64,000 bases of DNA. It comes from Myxococcales bacterium (lineage in GTDB: Bacteria > Myxococcota_A > Polyangia > Haliangiales > Haliangiaceae). Below, piece by piece: positions 46,915-59,478 of this stretch (the stretch's first letter is position 1; every line of letters begins with the position of its first letter). The notes beneath the pieces are model-generated. The model saw only the letters and a program-made list of their open reading frames with translations, did not search any database and was not told where the DNA came from. The stretch covers positions 693,625 through 757,624 of the forward strand of contig JADJGV010000034.1 of the NCBI GenBank assembly GCA_016707895.1, written 5' to 3'. The translations under genes were made by a program, and so were the position numbers.

Positions 46915-47011
46915 CGCGCGGATCGACCCAATCGAGCGGCGATCGCCGGGGTCGCGGTGCGCGGGCGCACACCCGCCGCGGGGCGGGCCCCGGCGGTATG
47001 CTGCCCGGCTG

Positions 47012-48389
47012 ATGCGGTGCGCGATCGCGATCGGTCTGGCGCTCGGCGCGTGCGGCGACGCCGCGCCGCCGCGCGTGCTGGCGCACCTCGCGGGTGAGCT
47101 GGTCGAGGGGCAGGGCTGCGCGCCCGACGGCTGTGTCGCGGCGTGCGTCGCCGCCGGCTGCGACGACGGCCGCCGGCCCGGCCTGGTGGTGATCGACAGC
47201 GACCAGCCGCTGACCGCGGCGCGCGCGACGCTCGGCGGCGCCGACGTGCCGGTGACCGTCGAGCTGCTCGCCGAGCGCACTGACGGCGCCGTCGTGCGGA
47301 CCGCGCTCGCCGTGCGCGTCCCGGTCGCGGTCGGGCTGACCGCGCGGACGTATCCGCTCGCGCTCACCGTCGCCGGCGCCAGCGGCGAGGCCGTGCTCAC
47401 CGTCGACGCGATCGGCCTGCCCGAGCTGGTGATCGCCGACGGCCCCGCGCCGGCCGACGGCCGCTATTCATCGATCGTGTTGCCGACCGCGATCGCCGCG
47501 CGGCTCACCGGCGCCGCGCCGCTGCGGCTCGAGGCCACCGGCGACATCACGCTGGCCGGCGCGGCCGATCTCGGCGGCGACCCGCTCGGCCCTGGGCCCG
47601 GCGGCTGCGCCGGCGCCGCGCCGTCGACCACCGCCTCGCCGTGCGGCCCGGGCGGCGGGCTGGGCGCGGTCGCGGTCTACGGCGGCAGCGGCGGCTACGG
47701 CACCGCCGGCGCGGACTCGGGCGACGGCCCCGGCACCGGCGGCGCCATCACCGGCAACCCGACCGCGGTGCCGCTCGGCGCCAGCGCCGATCCTGGCCGA
47801 CGACAACCGCGGCCACGGCGGCGGCGCCCACGGCGACAGCCGCGGCGGTCACGGCGGCGGCGCGGCGTACCTCGGCACCGCCGGCAAGATCGCCGTCGGC
47901 CAGTACGCGCAGCTCAGCGCGCGTGGCGGCGCCCCCGGCCCGGGCAGCTCGGCGCAAGAGGGCGGCGGCGGCTCGGGCGGCGCGCTCATCCTCGCCGCCG
48001 GCGCCGGCTTCACGATCAGCCCGGCGTCGACCGCGGCGCTCGACGCCACCGGCACCCGCGGCGGCGGCGACGGCCGCATCCGCGTCGACGGCCCCGGCCC
48101 GCTGCCGGCGGCGACGCCGGCGCCGTGGCTCGGCCCGCGCTGGGTCGACGCGCCGCTGGTGCTCGGCGATGGCGCCGCGCTCACGCTCGCCGTCGATCCC
48201 CGCGCCACCGCGCCGCTGGCCGTGACGATCAGCGGGGCGGTGATCGCCACCTGCACGCCGGTCGCCGGCGCCTGCACGATCACGCCCGCGCTCGCCCCCG
48301 GCGTCACCCGCCTGTGCGTGCTGGCCCGCGCCGACGCCGACCCCACGCTGCCCGAGAACCGCGCCTGCATCGACGTCGCGCGGCTGTGA
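47012..48389 (+). pseudogene. Gly-rich lipoprotein with internal frameshift near 47790
   Basis: Frame 1 (track ORF 46844..48427 from the ATG at 47012) gives MRCAIAIGLALGACGDAAPP...GGSGGYGTAGADSGDGPGTGGAITGNPTAVPLGASAD. The +1 frame then continues as ILADDNRGHGGGAHGDSRGGHGGGAAYLGTAGKIAVGQ...RIRVDGPGPLPAATP...CTPVAGACTITPALAPGVTRLCVLARADADPTLPENRACIDVARL, ending at 48389 (track ORF 48159..48389 is its tail). Confidence 0.5.
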
Positions 48390-48404
48390 TCGCCGCGCGC
48401 CGCC

Positions 48405-49583
48405 TCAGCTGCGGTAGTCGGCGTTGATCGACACGTACTCGTGCGATAGGTCGCAGGCCAGCACGCGGGCGCGGGCCTTGCCGCCGCCGAGGTCGGCGGT
48501 GATCGTGTACGCGGGCGTCTGCATCACGGCGGCGGCGGCGGCCTCGTCGTAGCCGGGCGCGACGGCGCCGCGCTTGACGACCTCGACGGGGCCGATCCGC
48601 AGGCCGAGGCGCGTCGGATCGATCGGCACGCCGGCGTTGCCGATCGCGCACAGCACGCGGCCCCAGTTGGGATCGCCGCCGGCGATCGCGGTCTTGACCA
48701 GCGGCGAGGTGGCGATGCGCCGCGCGACGGCGGCGGCGGCGCGCTCGCTGGCGGCGCCGCGCACGTCGATCGTGACGACGTGGTGCACGCCCTCGCCGTC
48801 CTTGATGAGCTGGGTCGCCAGATCGGCGAGCAGCTCGGTCAGCGCGGCGGTGAAGCCGGCGACCGCGCGGCCGGCGAGCGCCGGGCCGGCGGCGCCCGAG
48901 GCCAGCACCGCGAGGGTGTCGTTGGTCGAGGTGTCGCCGTCGACGATCAGGCTGTTGTAGGTGGGGCCGACCGCGGCCCGGGTGGCGCGGGCCAGGAGCG
49001 CGGGCGCGATCGCGGCGTCGGTGCACACGAACGACAAGGTCGTGGCCATGTTGGGCGCGATCATGCCGGCGCCCTTGGTGCAGCCGACCAGCGTCACGCG
49101 CGCGCGGCCGAGCTTGACCGTGCGGCTCGCCACCTTGGGCCCGCGATCGGTCGTGAGGATCGCGTCGGCGAAGTCGGCGAAGCCATCGGCCGACAGCGCG
49201 GCGCCGGCGGCGGCGACCCCGGCCTGCACGCGATCGATCGGCAGCGGCTGGCCGATCACGCCGGTCGAGGCCACCAGCTGCTCGCCGGGCTTGCCGCCGA
49301 TCGCGGCGGCGGCGGCGGCGGCCATTGTCCGCGCGTCGGCGGCGCCGGCGGCACCCGTGCACGCGTTGGCGTTGCCGCTGTTGACGACGACGCCGCGCAG
49401 CCGGCCGCGGCTGGCCTTCAGGTGGGCCGCCGACAGCAGCACCGGCGCGGCCTTGACGCGGTTGCCGGTGAACACCGCCGCGGCGGCGACCGGCGCGTCG
49501 GCGGCGATCAGCCCGACGTCCTTGCCGCCCTTCTTCTTGATGCCGGCCGCGACGCCGGCGAAGCGAAAGCCCGCGACCTTCAC
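48405..49583 (-). CDS. argJ: bifunctional glutamate N-acetyltransferase / amino-acid acetyltransferase ArgJ
   Basis: The GTG at 49583 overlaps the upstream stop (GTGA). The N-terminus is VKVAGFRFAGVAAGIKKKGGKDVGLI. The ArgJ autocatalytic site is in TLVGCTKGAGMIAPNMATTLSF (the ATML-type Thr). The product is 392 aa. Confidence 0.9.
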   Translation of the reverse strand: MKVAGFRFAGVAAGIKKKGGKDVGLIAADAPVAAAAVFTGNRVKAAPVLLSAAHLKASRGRLRGVVVNSGNANACTGAAGAADARTMAAAAAAAIGGKPGEQLVASTGVIGQPLPIDRVQAGVAAAGAALSADGFADFADAILTTDRGPKVASRTVKLGRARVTLVGCTKGAGMIAPNMATTLSFVCTDAAIAPALLARATRAAVGPTYNSLIVDGDTSTNDTLAVLASGAAGPALAGRAVAGFTAALTELLADLATQLIKDGEGVHHVVTIDVRGAASERAAAAVARRIATSPLVKTAIAGGDPNWGRVLCAIGNAGVPIDPTRLGLRIGPVEVVKRGAVAPGYDEAAAAAVMQTPAYTITADLGGGKARARVLACDLSHEYVSINADYRS

Positions 49584-50029
49584 GGCGCGACGCCCTGGGC
49601 CATCGCCGCGCAGCGCTCGGCCTCGGTGGCCTCCCACACCGGCCCGGCGGAGGCCCGCGCCCGCGCCTCGGCGGCGTCGCCGTCCCAGCCCGGGGTCGGG
49701 GCCGCCGGCGTCCACGCCGCGGCCCGCGCCGCCAGCATCGCCGCCTCGGCCGCGTGGACCGCGCGCTTCAGCGCGACCAGGTCCTTGGTCACGCCCGCCG
49801 ACTCGTCCCACGACAGCCAGGCCTTCTCGATCGCCGGCGCCGCGGTCGCCGAGGCCTGCGCGGCGCGCGCGACGTCGCCGTCGACCAGCCACTGCTGCGC
49901 CGCCGCCAGCGCGGCGTCGGTGGGCGCCACCAGCGTCGGCAACGCCGTCGCGCGCAGCGTCAGGATCGGTCGCGCCTTCACCGCCGCCGCCACCGCCCGC
50001 TCGACCAGGGCCCGCTTGGGATCGCTCAT
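49580..50029 (-). CDS. hypothetical Ala-rich protein, translationally coupled to argJ
   Basis: The internal ATG at 50029 gives MSDPKRALVERAVAAAVKARPILTL.... Third-position GC is high. The stop overlaps the argJ GTG. Confidence 0.45.
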   Translation of the reverse strand: MSDPKRALVERAVAAAVKARPILTLRATALPTLVAPTDAALAAAQQWLVDGDVARAAQASATAAPAIEKAWLSWDESAGVTKDLVALKRAVHAAEAAMLAARAAAWTPAAPTPGWDGDAAEARARASAGPVWEATEAERCAAMAQGVAP

Positions 50030-50093
50030 GGCCGAGAGTCTCGCACAGCCGCCGGCGATCGTGTCACCGGCCGCCGCGCTCACGCCACCGCGG

Positions 50094-53288
<3,195 letters not shown>

Positions 53289-53442
53289 GGTGCTTCCGAT
53301 CGTGTGCGGCCCGGCGACTGACCCGGGCCAAGGCGGCGTGTCTTAGCACAGCCAAACACGCGGAAGCTAACCATCCCCGCCGCCACGTCAATCGCCCAAG
53401 GCCAGGAAGTTCGCGGACCTAGCCCGTCGGGCAGGTGACCGA

Positions 53443-54158
53443 GCGTCGTGGGGAGGCTCGATCCCGGCTCCGCCGGGGGCGAGGGGGGCTCGGCGACGAG
53501 CCCCCTGGAACACGGGCGATCACGCCAGGCGGAACGAGCGCGCGAAGGCGATCGAGTCGCCGCGCAGGTCGAAGCGGGTCAGCGCGGTGCCGATGACCAT
53601 GCCGACGCCGTCGCTCAGCTGGCCCGGCAGCTCGGTCCAGGTGCGCAGCGGATCGAGCCAGCGGATGTCCTTCTGGCCGGCGAACGAGTAGGGCAGGCCG
53701 TCGTCGCCCTGGAACTCGAACTGGTAGCGGATGATCCGGCGCAGCCACGGCCGCAGCTCCATGGTGCCCGTGATCGGCCGGGCCCGGGCCAGGCCGTCGG
53801 CGTCGACGGTGCCCTCGATCGCCGCCAGCCGCGACTTGCGGAACTCGAGCAGCGAGCCGGCGCGGGCGGTGACGGTGAACTCGAAGCGGCCGCCGCCGCG
53901 CCCGCCGTCGGTGCGCGCCCAGGTGCCGCGCATGGTCTCTCGGAAGCCGAAGCCAGGCATGGGCACAATGTACCGCAATCCGCGGGCGCGGCTGCGCCGG
54001 CGATTTCCCGTCGGTCGCCGCACTTGGGAATTGACGGCGGCCGTCGCGCGCTTTAGTACGCCCCTCATGGCGCACGCCGCGCGTCACGTTTCCAGGGGGC
54101 TCGTCGCCGAGCCCCCCTCGGTGGGGCCAGGTCCCCGCCGAGCCTCCCCCCACGACGC
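53443..54158. mobile_element. about 716-bp cassette bounded by about 70-bp imperfect inverted repeats (MITE-like / small non-autonomous element candidate) carrying one ORF
   Basis: IR-L is at 53443..53510. IR-R is at 54089..54158. The inner 31 nt are identical in inverted orientation (CGAGGGGGGCTCGGCGACGAGCCCCCTGGAA vs TTCCAGGGGGCTCGTCGCCGAGCCCCCCTCG). The outer 18-20 nt are near-identical (GCGTCGTGGGGAGGCTCG vs CGAGCCTCCCCCCACGACGC). No transposase is present. Confidence 0.4.
53520..53960 (-). CDS. hypothetical protein (146 aa) inside the IR-bounded cassette
   Basis: The internal ATG at 53960 (residue 36 of track ORF 53520..54068) gives MPGFGFRETMRGTWARTDGGRGGGRFEFTVTARAG...IRYQFEFQGDDGLPYSFAGQKDIRWLDP. 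Third-position GC is strong. No family is confidently recognised (possibly a lipocalin/nitrobindin-like beta-barrel). Confidence 0.55.
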   Translation of the reverse strand: MPGFGFRETMRGTWARTDGGRGGGRFEFTVTARAGSLLEFRKSRLAAIEGTVDADGLARARPITGTMELRPWLRRIIRYQFEFQGDDGLPYSFAGQKDIRWLDPLRTWTELPGQLSDGVGMVIGTALTRFDLRGDSIAFARSFRLA

Positions 54159-54219
54159 GAGCCGCCCGCCACGCGCCGATCCGCGCCCGAGGCGCGGTTC
54201 GGCCGCGCACCCGTGGACC

Positions 54220-55611
54220 GTGGCCCCGACGCTAGGGGTGTTCGCTGCCGCGCTGGCTGCCGCGGTGTTCCTCGCCGACGGCGACCTGCGCGCGCTGCGC
54301 GGGCTGCCGACCCGGCGCCCGCCGGCGCCGCCGGCCGCGCCCGCCACCCCGGCCGCCCCCGAGGCGATCGAGGGCGCGCCCGGCGAGGCGGCGCCGCCGC
54401 TGCCGCCCAAGCCCGACCTCGCGCCCGAGCGGGTGGCCGGCGGCCACGCGCCGTCGGTCCCGGGCAAGACCGTCGAGGACACCTGCCTGGCCCCGGCCGG
54501 CGCGACCACCGGCTGCACCCGCTGGGCGCTCGACGACTTCTACGCCGCGCTGGCCGCGACCGAGCAGGGCACCGCGCGGCGGCCGGCGCGGCTGTCGTGG
54601 TACGGCGACTCGGTGTCGGCCACCGACGCGCTGCCCGGGCGCATCCGCGCGCGGCTGCAGGACGTGTTCGGCGACGGCGGCCCCGGCTTCGTCCACGCGG
54701 TCGCGCCGCACCGCTTCAACCACAGCCTGGCGGTCGCGCGCACCGCGTCGGGCTCGTGGCGCTCGTTCGGCGTGTCGTTGGCCAACGTCGGCGATCACCT
54801 CTACGGCCTGGGCAACGCCACCGCCGAGGGCCAGGGCACGATCAAGCTGTCGGCCAAGACCCCGAGCGGCAAGCTGACCTCGGTCGACGTCTACTACCTG
54901 GCCCAGCCCAGCGGCGGCACCGCCGAGCTCGACGTCGACGGCGAGGTCAAGGCGACGATCGACACCAGCGCCGAGAAGAAGACCGCGCGCTTCGAGACGG
55001 TGCGGGTGCCGGACGGCGACCACCAGATCCAGCTGAAGGCCACCGGCAAGGTGCGGCTGTTCGGGTTCGCGCTCGAGCGCGACGCCGGCGTCGTGGTCGA
55101 CAACATGGCGCTGGTGTCGGCCACCGCCAAGAACATGCTGCTCAACCAGGCCGACCACTGGAAGGCGCAGCTGGCCCACCGCGCGCCCGACCTGGTCATG
55201 ATCATGATCGGCACCAACGAGGCGCAGTGGCTGTCGGGCAGCGAGCGCTCGATGGCCGAGTACGAGGAGATCTGGCGGAAGCTGCTGACGCCGGTGCGGG
55301 CGGCGCGGCCCACCGGCGCGTGCCTGGTGGTGTCGCCGCTCGATCAGGCCGAGGCCGACGGCGACGACCTGCGGGCCCGGCGCGGCATGCCGGCGATGGT
55401 CGCGACCCAGCGCAAGGTGGCGTTCGAGCTCGGCTGCGGGTTCTGGGACACGTTCACCTGGATGGGCGGCTCGGGGGCGTCGATCAAGTGGCGCAAGCGC
55501 GGCCTGGTGGGCACCGACTTCGCCCACCTGTCGGGCCGCGGCACGGCGATGGTCGCCGACGGGCTGGCGGACGCGCTGGTCGCGGGCTACAAGGCCTACA
55601 AGGGTCGGTGA
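54220..55611 (+). CDS. SGNH/GDSL-hydrolase-like polysaccharide O-acetyltransferase/esterase (AlgX/AlgJ/PatB-like), membrane-anchored
   Basis: Tail of track ORF 53731..55611. The GTG at 54220 (VAPTLGVFAAALAAAVFLA is a signal anchor) is preferred over the ATG at 54067, because 54067..54158 is the right inverted repeat. Block I is WYGDSVSA, block III is IMIGTNEA, and block V is DFAHLS (DxxH). Confidence 0.65.
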   Translation: MAPTLGVFAAALAAAVFLADGDLRALRGLPTRRPPAPPAAPATPAAPEAIEGAPGEAAPPLPPKPDLAPERVAGGHAPSVPGKTVEDTCLAPAGATTGCTRWALDDFYAALAATEQGTARRPARLSWYGDSVSATDALPGRIRARLQDVFGDGGPGFVHAVAPHRFNHSLAVARTASGSWRSFGVSLANVGDHLYGLGNATAEGQGTIKLSAKTPSGKLTSVDVYYLAQPSGGTAELDVDGEVKATIDTSAEKKTARFETVRVPDGDHQIQLKATGKVRLFGFALERDAGVVVDNMALVSATAKNMLLNQADHWKAQLAHRAPDLVMIMIGTNEAQWLSGSERSMAEYEEIWRKLLTPVRAARPTGACLVVSPLDQAEADGDDLRARRGMPAMVATQRKVAFELGCGFWDTFTWMGGSGASIKWRKRGLVGTDFAHLSGRGTAMVADGLADALVAGYKAYKGR

Positions 55612-57011
55612 TCGCTCCGCGCTTCATAGCCGCGCTGTTCGCGCTCGGCGCCTGCAGCAGCACGTCGTCGGACGCGATGCCGCGCAGCCCGTCGACCGCC
55701 GAGGCCGCGCCGCCGCCCGCGCTGACCGACGCCGGCGTCGACGACGCGCCGCCCGACGCCGCCGCGATCCTGCCGGTCTTGACCGCGCCGGCCGGGGCCC
55801 TCGACGGGTTCCACGCCGCGCTCGATCGCGCCGCGGCCAAGGATCCCGGCGGCCGCGCGCTGGTGCTGGTGTTCGGCGACTCGCACACCGCCGGCGATCA
55901 GCTGACCGGCACGCTGCGCCGCGAGCTGGGCAAGCACTTCGGCCAGGGCGGGCGCGGGTTCGTGCTGCCGGGCAAGCCGGCGATCCGCCACTACTACCTG
56001 CGCGACGTGGCCTACGGCTCGAGCGGCAAGTGGCAGGCCGAGCTGGGCGGCAAGCGCGACAACCTCGAGCCGTTCGGGCTGGCCGGCGTGCGCAGCCACA
56101 CCGCGGACAAGAAGGCCACCGCGTGGGTCGCGACCTGCGGCAGCTGCCCGGTCGACAAGGTCGCGCGCTTCGACATCTTCCACCTGCGGACCAAGGCCTC
56201 GGGGGCGTTCAGCTACCAGGTCGACGACGGCGCGTGGATCAAGGTCGCGACCAAGCTGCCGGCCAGCGCCGCCGAGGCCCAGCTGCCGGCGGTGACCTCG
56301 GTCGACGTGCCCGACGGCCGCCACAAGCTGGCGCTCAAGCCGGCCGGCGGCGGCCCGATCGAGCTGTTCGGCGTGGCGCTCGAGCGCACCACGCCCGGCG
56401 TGGTGGTCGACGCGCTCGGCGTGGTCGGCCGCCGCCTGACCCACCTGCGATCGTGGGACTGGTCGGTCATCGGGCCCCAGGTGTCGGCGCGGGCGCCGGC
56501 GCTGGTGATCCTGCAGTACGGCACCAACGAGGCCGACGACCCGAAGCTCGACCTGGCGGCGCTGGCCGCCGCCTACGACGAGGTGATCGCCGACGTCCGG
56601 GCCGCCGCGCCCGGCGCGTCGATCTTGATCCTGGGGCCGCCCGACATGGGCGAGCGCGACGCCGGGGCCGCCTGCGACAAGCTGCGGCCGCCGCCCGACG
56701 CCGACGCCGGCGTGCCGTACGAGTGCCAGTGGCACACCCCCGGGGTGCTGCCGCTGGTGATCGACGTGCAGCGCCAGGCCGCCGCGCGCAACCAGGTCGC
56801 GTTCTTCGACACGTTCGCCGCCATGGGAGGCGGCAACCTGATGGACACGTTCTTCCACGCCGATCCACCGCTGGCGTACTCCGACCACATCCACTTCACG
56901 CAGGCCGGCTACGAGCAGTGGGGGCGCGCGCTCGGCGCGGCGCTGCTCGACGATCACGCCCGCTGGACCCAGACCGACCCGACCGCGCGCTCCTCCGGCC
57001 ACCGGCCGTAG
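55608..57011 (+). CDS. second SGNH/GDSL-like lipoprotein (AlgX/AlgJ-like)
   Basis: The GTG at 55608 overlaps the upstream stop (GTGA), in the frame of track ORF 54213..57011. The lipobox is FALGACSS. Block I is VFGDSHTAGD, block III is LQYGTNEAD, and block V is YSDHIHF. Confidence 0.7.
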   Translation: MIAPRFIAALFALGACSSTSSDAMPRSPSTAEAAPPPALTDAGVDDAPPDAAAILPVLTAPAGALDGFHAALDRAAAKDPGGRALVLVFGDSHTAGDQLTGTLRRELGKHFGQGGRGFVLPGKPAIRHYYLRDVAYGSSGKWQAELGGKRDNLEPFGLAGVRSHTADKKATAWVATCGSCPVDKVARFDIFHLRTKASGAFSYQVDDGAWIKVATKLPASAAEAQLPAVTSVDVPDGRHKLALKPAGGGPIELFGVALERTTPGVVVDALGVVGRRLTHLRSWDWSVIGPQVSARAPALVILQYGTNEADDPKLDLAALAAAYDEVIADVRAAAPGASILILGPPDMGERDAGAACDKLRPPPDADAGVPYECQWHTPGVLPLVIDVQRQAAARNQVAFFDTFAAMGGGNLMDTFFHADPPLAYSDHIHFTQAGYEQWGRALGAALLDDHARWTQTDPTARSSGHRP

Positions 57012-57014
57012 GCC

Positions 57015-59360
57015 ATGCTCTTCTCGAGCCCGCAATACCCGCTGTTCCTGGCAGCGGTGTTCTTCCTGTACGGCCTGGCGCGCACCGGGCGGTGGCCGGC
57101 GTCGATCGCGCGCGTCGCGCTGATGCTGCTCCTGGCCGACGTGGTCTACGTGCTGCTCACCCACGACGTGGGCACGCTGTGGGATCCGGTCGGCGGCACG
57201 GTGCTGGCGTGGATCACCGACTCGCCGGCGCCGTCGGCGTGGCGCTGGCCGCTGGGGCTGATCGTGGTCGGCGGCGCGTTCCGGCTCGGGCACGACCTGG
57301 CCGGCCGCCACCGGGCGGTACCGACCACCGTCGCGCCCGTGGCCCCGGCCCGGGCCGCGGCGCCGCGGGCGGTCGCGCGCAAGAAGGGCAAGGGCAAGAA
57401 GCAGGGCAAGCGCGGGCCGTCGCCGCGGCCGGTCGCGCCGACCACCGTCGCGGTCACCGGCGATCCGATCGCCGCCGAGCGGGTCAGCGCGTGGACCGGG
57501 CACGCGCTGGCCGGCGCGCTGGTCGCGCTCGGGCTGATCGTGCTGATCGGCGGCCGCACCGGCACGCTGCCGGCGTTCACCAGCGCGTTCGCCCACGTCG
57601 GCCACCTGATCTACCTGTGCGGCGTCGGCTTCGCGCTCGGCGCGGCGCAGACCGAGCGCGGCCGGCACCTGGGCCGGGTGCTGATCCTCGGCCTGGTCAG
57701 CGCGGTCTTCTACCACGCGTGGGCCGCGGGCCAGCACGGCGCCTACCAGTACCTGCTGGCGCTGATCGCCGCGACGATCGTCCTCGACTTCTACCTGGCG
57801 CGCGCGATCGAGGCCAGCGAGCGCCACGGCGTGCGGCTGACGCTGCTGATCGTCTCGCTGGTGTCGAACCTCGGCATCCTCGCGGTGTTCAAGTACGCCG
57901 ACTTCCTGCGGCTCGACGTGCTGCACACCGGCGGCGCGCCGTGGAAGCTGATCCTGCCGGCCGGCATCTCGTTCCACACCTTCCAGTCGCTGAGCTACAC
58001 CGTCGACGTCTACCGCCGCGAGATCCGCGCGACCCGCTCGGTGATCGAGCTGGCGACGTTCGTGCTGTTCTTCCCGCAGCTGGTGGCCGGCCCGATCGTC
58101 CGCGCCACCGAGCTGTTGCCGCAGCTGCGCGACCTGCCGCTGTTCGATCACGGCCGCGCCGCCGACGGGCTGTTCCGGATCGTCGTCGGGCTGGCCAAGA
58201 AGATCGCGATCGCCGACTTCCTCGGCGACGCGCTGGCCGATCGGGTGTTCGCCCACCCCGAGCTGTACTCGTCGGCGGAGGTCGGCGCCGGCGTGGTCGC
58301 CTACGCGTTCCAGATCTACCTGGACTTCTCGGCGTACTCCGACATCGCGATCGGCTCGGCGCAGCTCCTGGGCTTCACGCTGCCCGAGAACTTCCGCACG
58401 CCGTACCGCTCGGCGTCGCTGCAGGAGTTCTGGCGGCGCTGGCACATCTCGCTGTCGTCGTGGCTGCGCGACTACCTGTACATCCCGCTGGGCGGCAACC
58501 GGGGCGGCGAGCTGACCACCTACCGCAACCTGATCCTGACGATGCTGCTGGGCGGGCTGTGGCACGGCGCCAGCTGGACGTTCATCGTCTGGGGCCTGCT
58601 GCACGGCGGCGGGCTGGCGGTGACGCGCATCTACCAGCGCGCCGCGCGGCGCGGGCGGGTGCTGGCGATCGCGGCCGCGGCGTTCGGGCTCGGCGTCGGC
58701 GTCGAGCTGCTCGGGCTGGCGCCGAGCCGGCCGTGGGCGCACCTGGCGTTCGCGTGGGCGTTCACGGTGCCGCTGTGGGCGGCGTTGACCGCGATCCTCG
58801 AGGGGCTGCCAGCGCCGACGATCGTCGGCCGGCCGCGGCCCGCGCTGGCGCTGTGGCTGCGGCTGGCCGCGGCCGCGCAGGTCGGGGTCGCGCTGGCGGC
58901 GCTGCAGTGGGGGCCGAGCGCGCTGGTCATCCCGCTGATCATCCTGATCGCGGCGCTGACCTGGGCCGCCGACGCCGCCGAGGTCGGGCCGACCGTCGAC
59001 GCGGCGCTGCGCTGGCTCGGGTGGGCCGCGGCGCGGGGCGCGGCGGTGGTGCTGGTGTTCGCCTACGTGTGCCTGGCGTGGATCTTCTTCCGCGCCCAGA
59101 GCTTCGCGCAGGCGCTGGCGGTGCTGCGCCGGCTGGGCGCGCACGAGTACGATCACCCCAACCTGATCCGCGTCGTCTTGACGGCGCTGGTGGCGGCGCT
59201 GGTCGCGCACTGGTTCGCGCCGCGGACGTTCGCCGAGCTGCGCCGGCGGTTCGTCGCCGCGCACCCGATCGTCCAGGGCCTGGCGCTGGCGGCGGCGGCG
59301 CTGGTGCTACGCGAGCTGGCCCACCCCAAGATCGTGCCGTTCATCTACTTCCAGTTCTGA
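57015..59360 (+). CDS. MBOAT-family membrane-bound O-acyltransferase (AlgI/DltB/PatA-like) with N- and C-terminal extensions (781 aa)
   Basis: Track ORF. The MBOAT core is FHTFQSLSYTVDVYRREIRATRSVIELATFVLFFPQLVAGPIVRATELLPQL and WRRWHISLSSWLRDYLYIPLGGNRGG (with the conserved His). A Lys-rich insert RKKGKGKKQGKRGP is present. The start is 3 nt after the SGNH-2 stop. Confidence 0.85.
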   Translation: MLFSSPQYPLFLAAVFFLYGLARTGRWPASIARVALMLLLADVVYVLLTHDVGTLWDPVGGTVLAWITDSPAPSAWRWPLGLIVVGGAFRLGHDLAGRHRAVPTTVAPVAPARAAAPRAVARKKGKGKKQGKRGPSPRPVAPTTVAVTGDPIAAERVSAWTGHALAGALVALGLIVLIGGRTGTLPAFTSAFAHVGHLIYLCGVGFALGAAQTERGRHLGRVLILGLVSAVFYHAWAAGQHGAYQYLLALIAATIVLDFYLARAIEASERHGVRLTLLIVSLVSNLGILAVFKYADFLRLDVLHTGGAPWKLILPAGISFHTFQSLSYTVDVYRREIRATRSVIELATFVLFFPQLVAGPIVRATELLPQLRDLPLFDHGRAADGLFRIVVGLAKKIAIADFLGDALADRVFAHPELYSSAEVGAGVVAYAFQIYLDFSAYSDIAIGSAQLLGFTLPENFRTPYRSASLQEFWRRWHISLSSWLRDYLYIPLGGNRGGELTTYRNLILTMLLGGLWHGASWTFIVWGLLHGGGLAVTRIYQRAARRGRVLAIAAAAFGLGVGVELLGLAPSRPWAHLAFAWAFTVPLWAALTAILEGLPAPTIVGRPRPALALWLRLAAAAQVGVALAALQWGPSALVIPLIILIAALTWAADAAEVGPTVDAALRWLGWAAARGAAVVLVFAYVCLAWIFFRAQSFAQALAVLRRLGAHEYDHPNLIRVVLTALVAALVAHWFAPRTFAELRRRFVAAHPIVQGLALAAAALVLRELAHPKIVPFIYFQF

Positions 59361-59478
59361 TCGCGTCACGACGCGGCCACGCGATCGTCGAGCTCGACCT
59401 CGACGGCCGCGGCGCGCGCGAGCGGCTGGTGCCGACCGCGTGCGACGGCGACGGCACCTGCGGTGAGCCCGGTCGCCG

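Noticed and set aside
55596-59264. ORF 55596..59264(-) 1222 aa
   Set aside because: It is antisense to the SGNH-2 and MBOAT genes and is R/G/D-rich.
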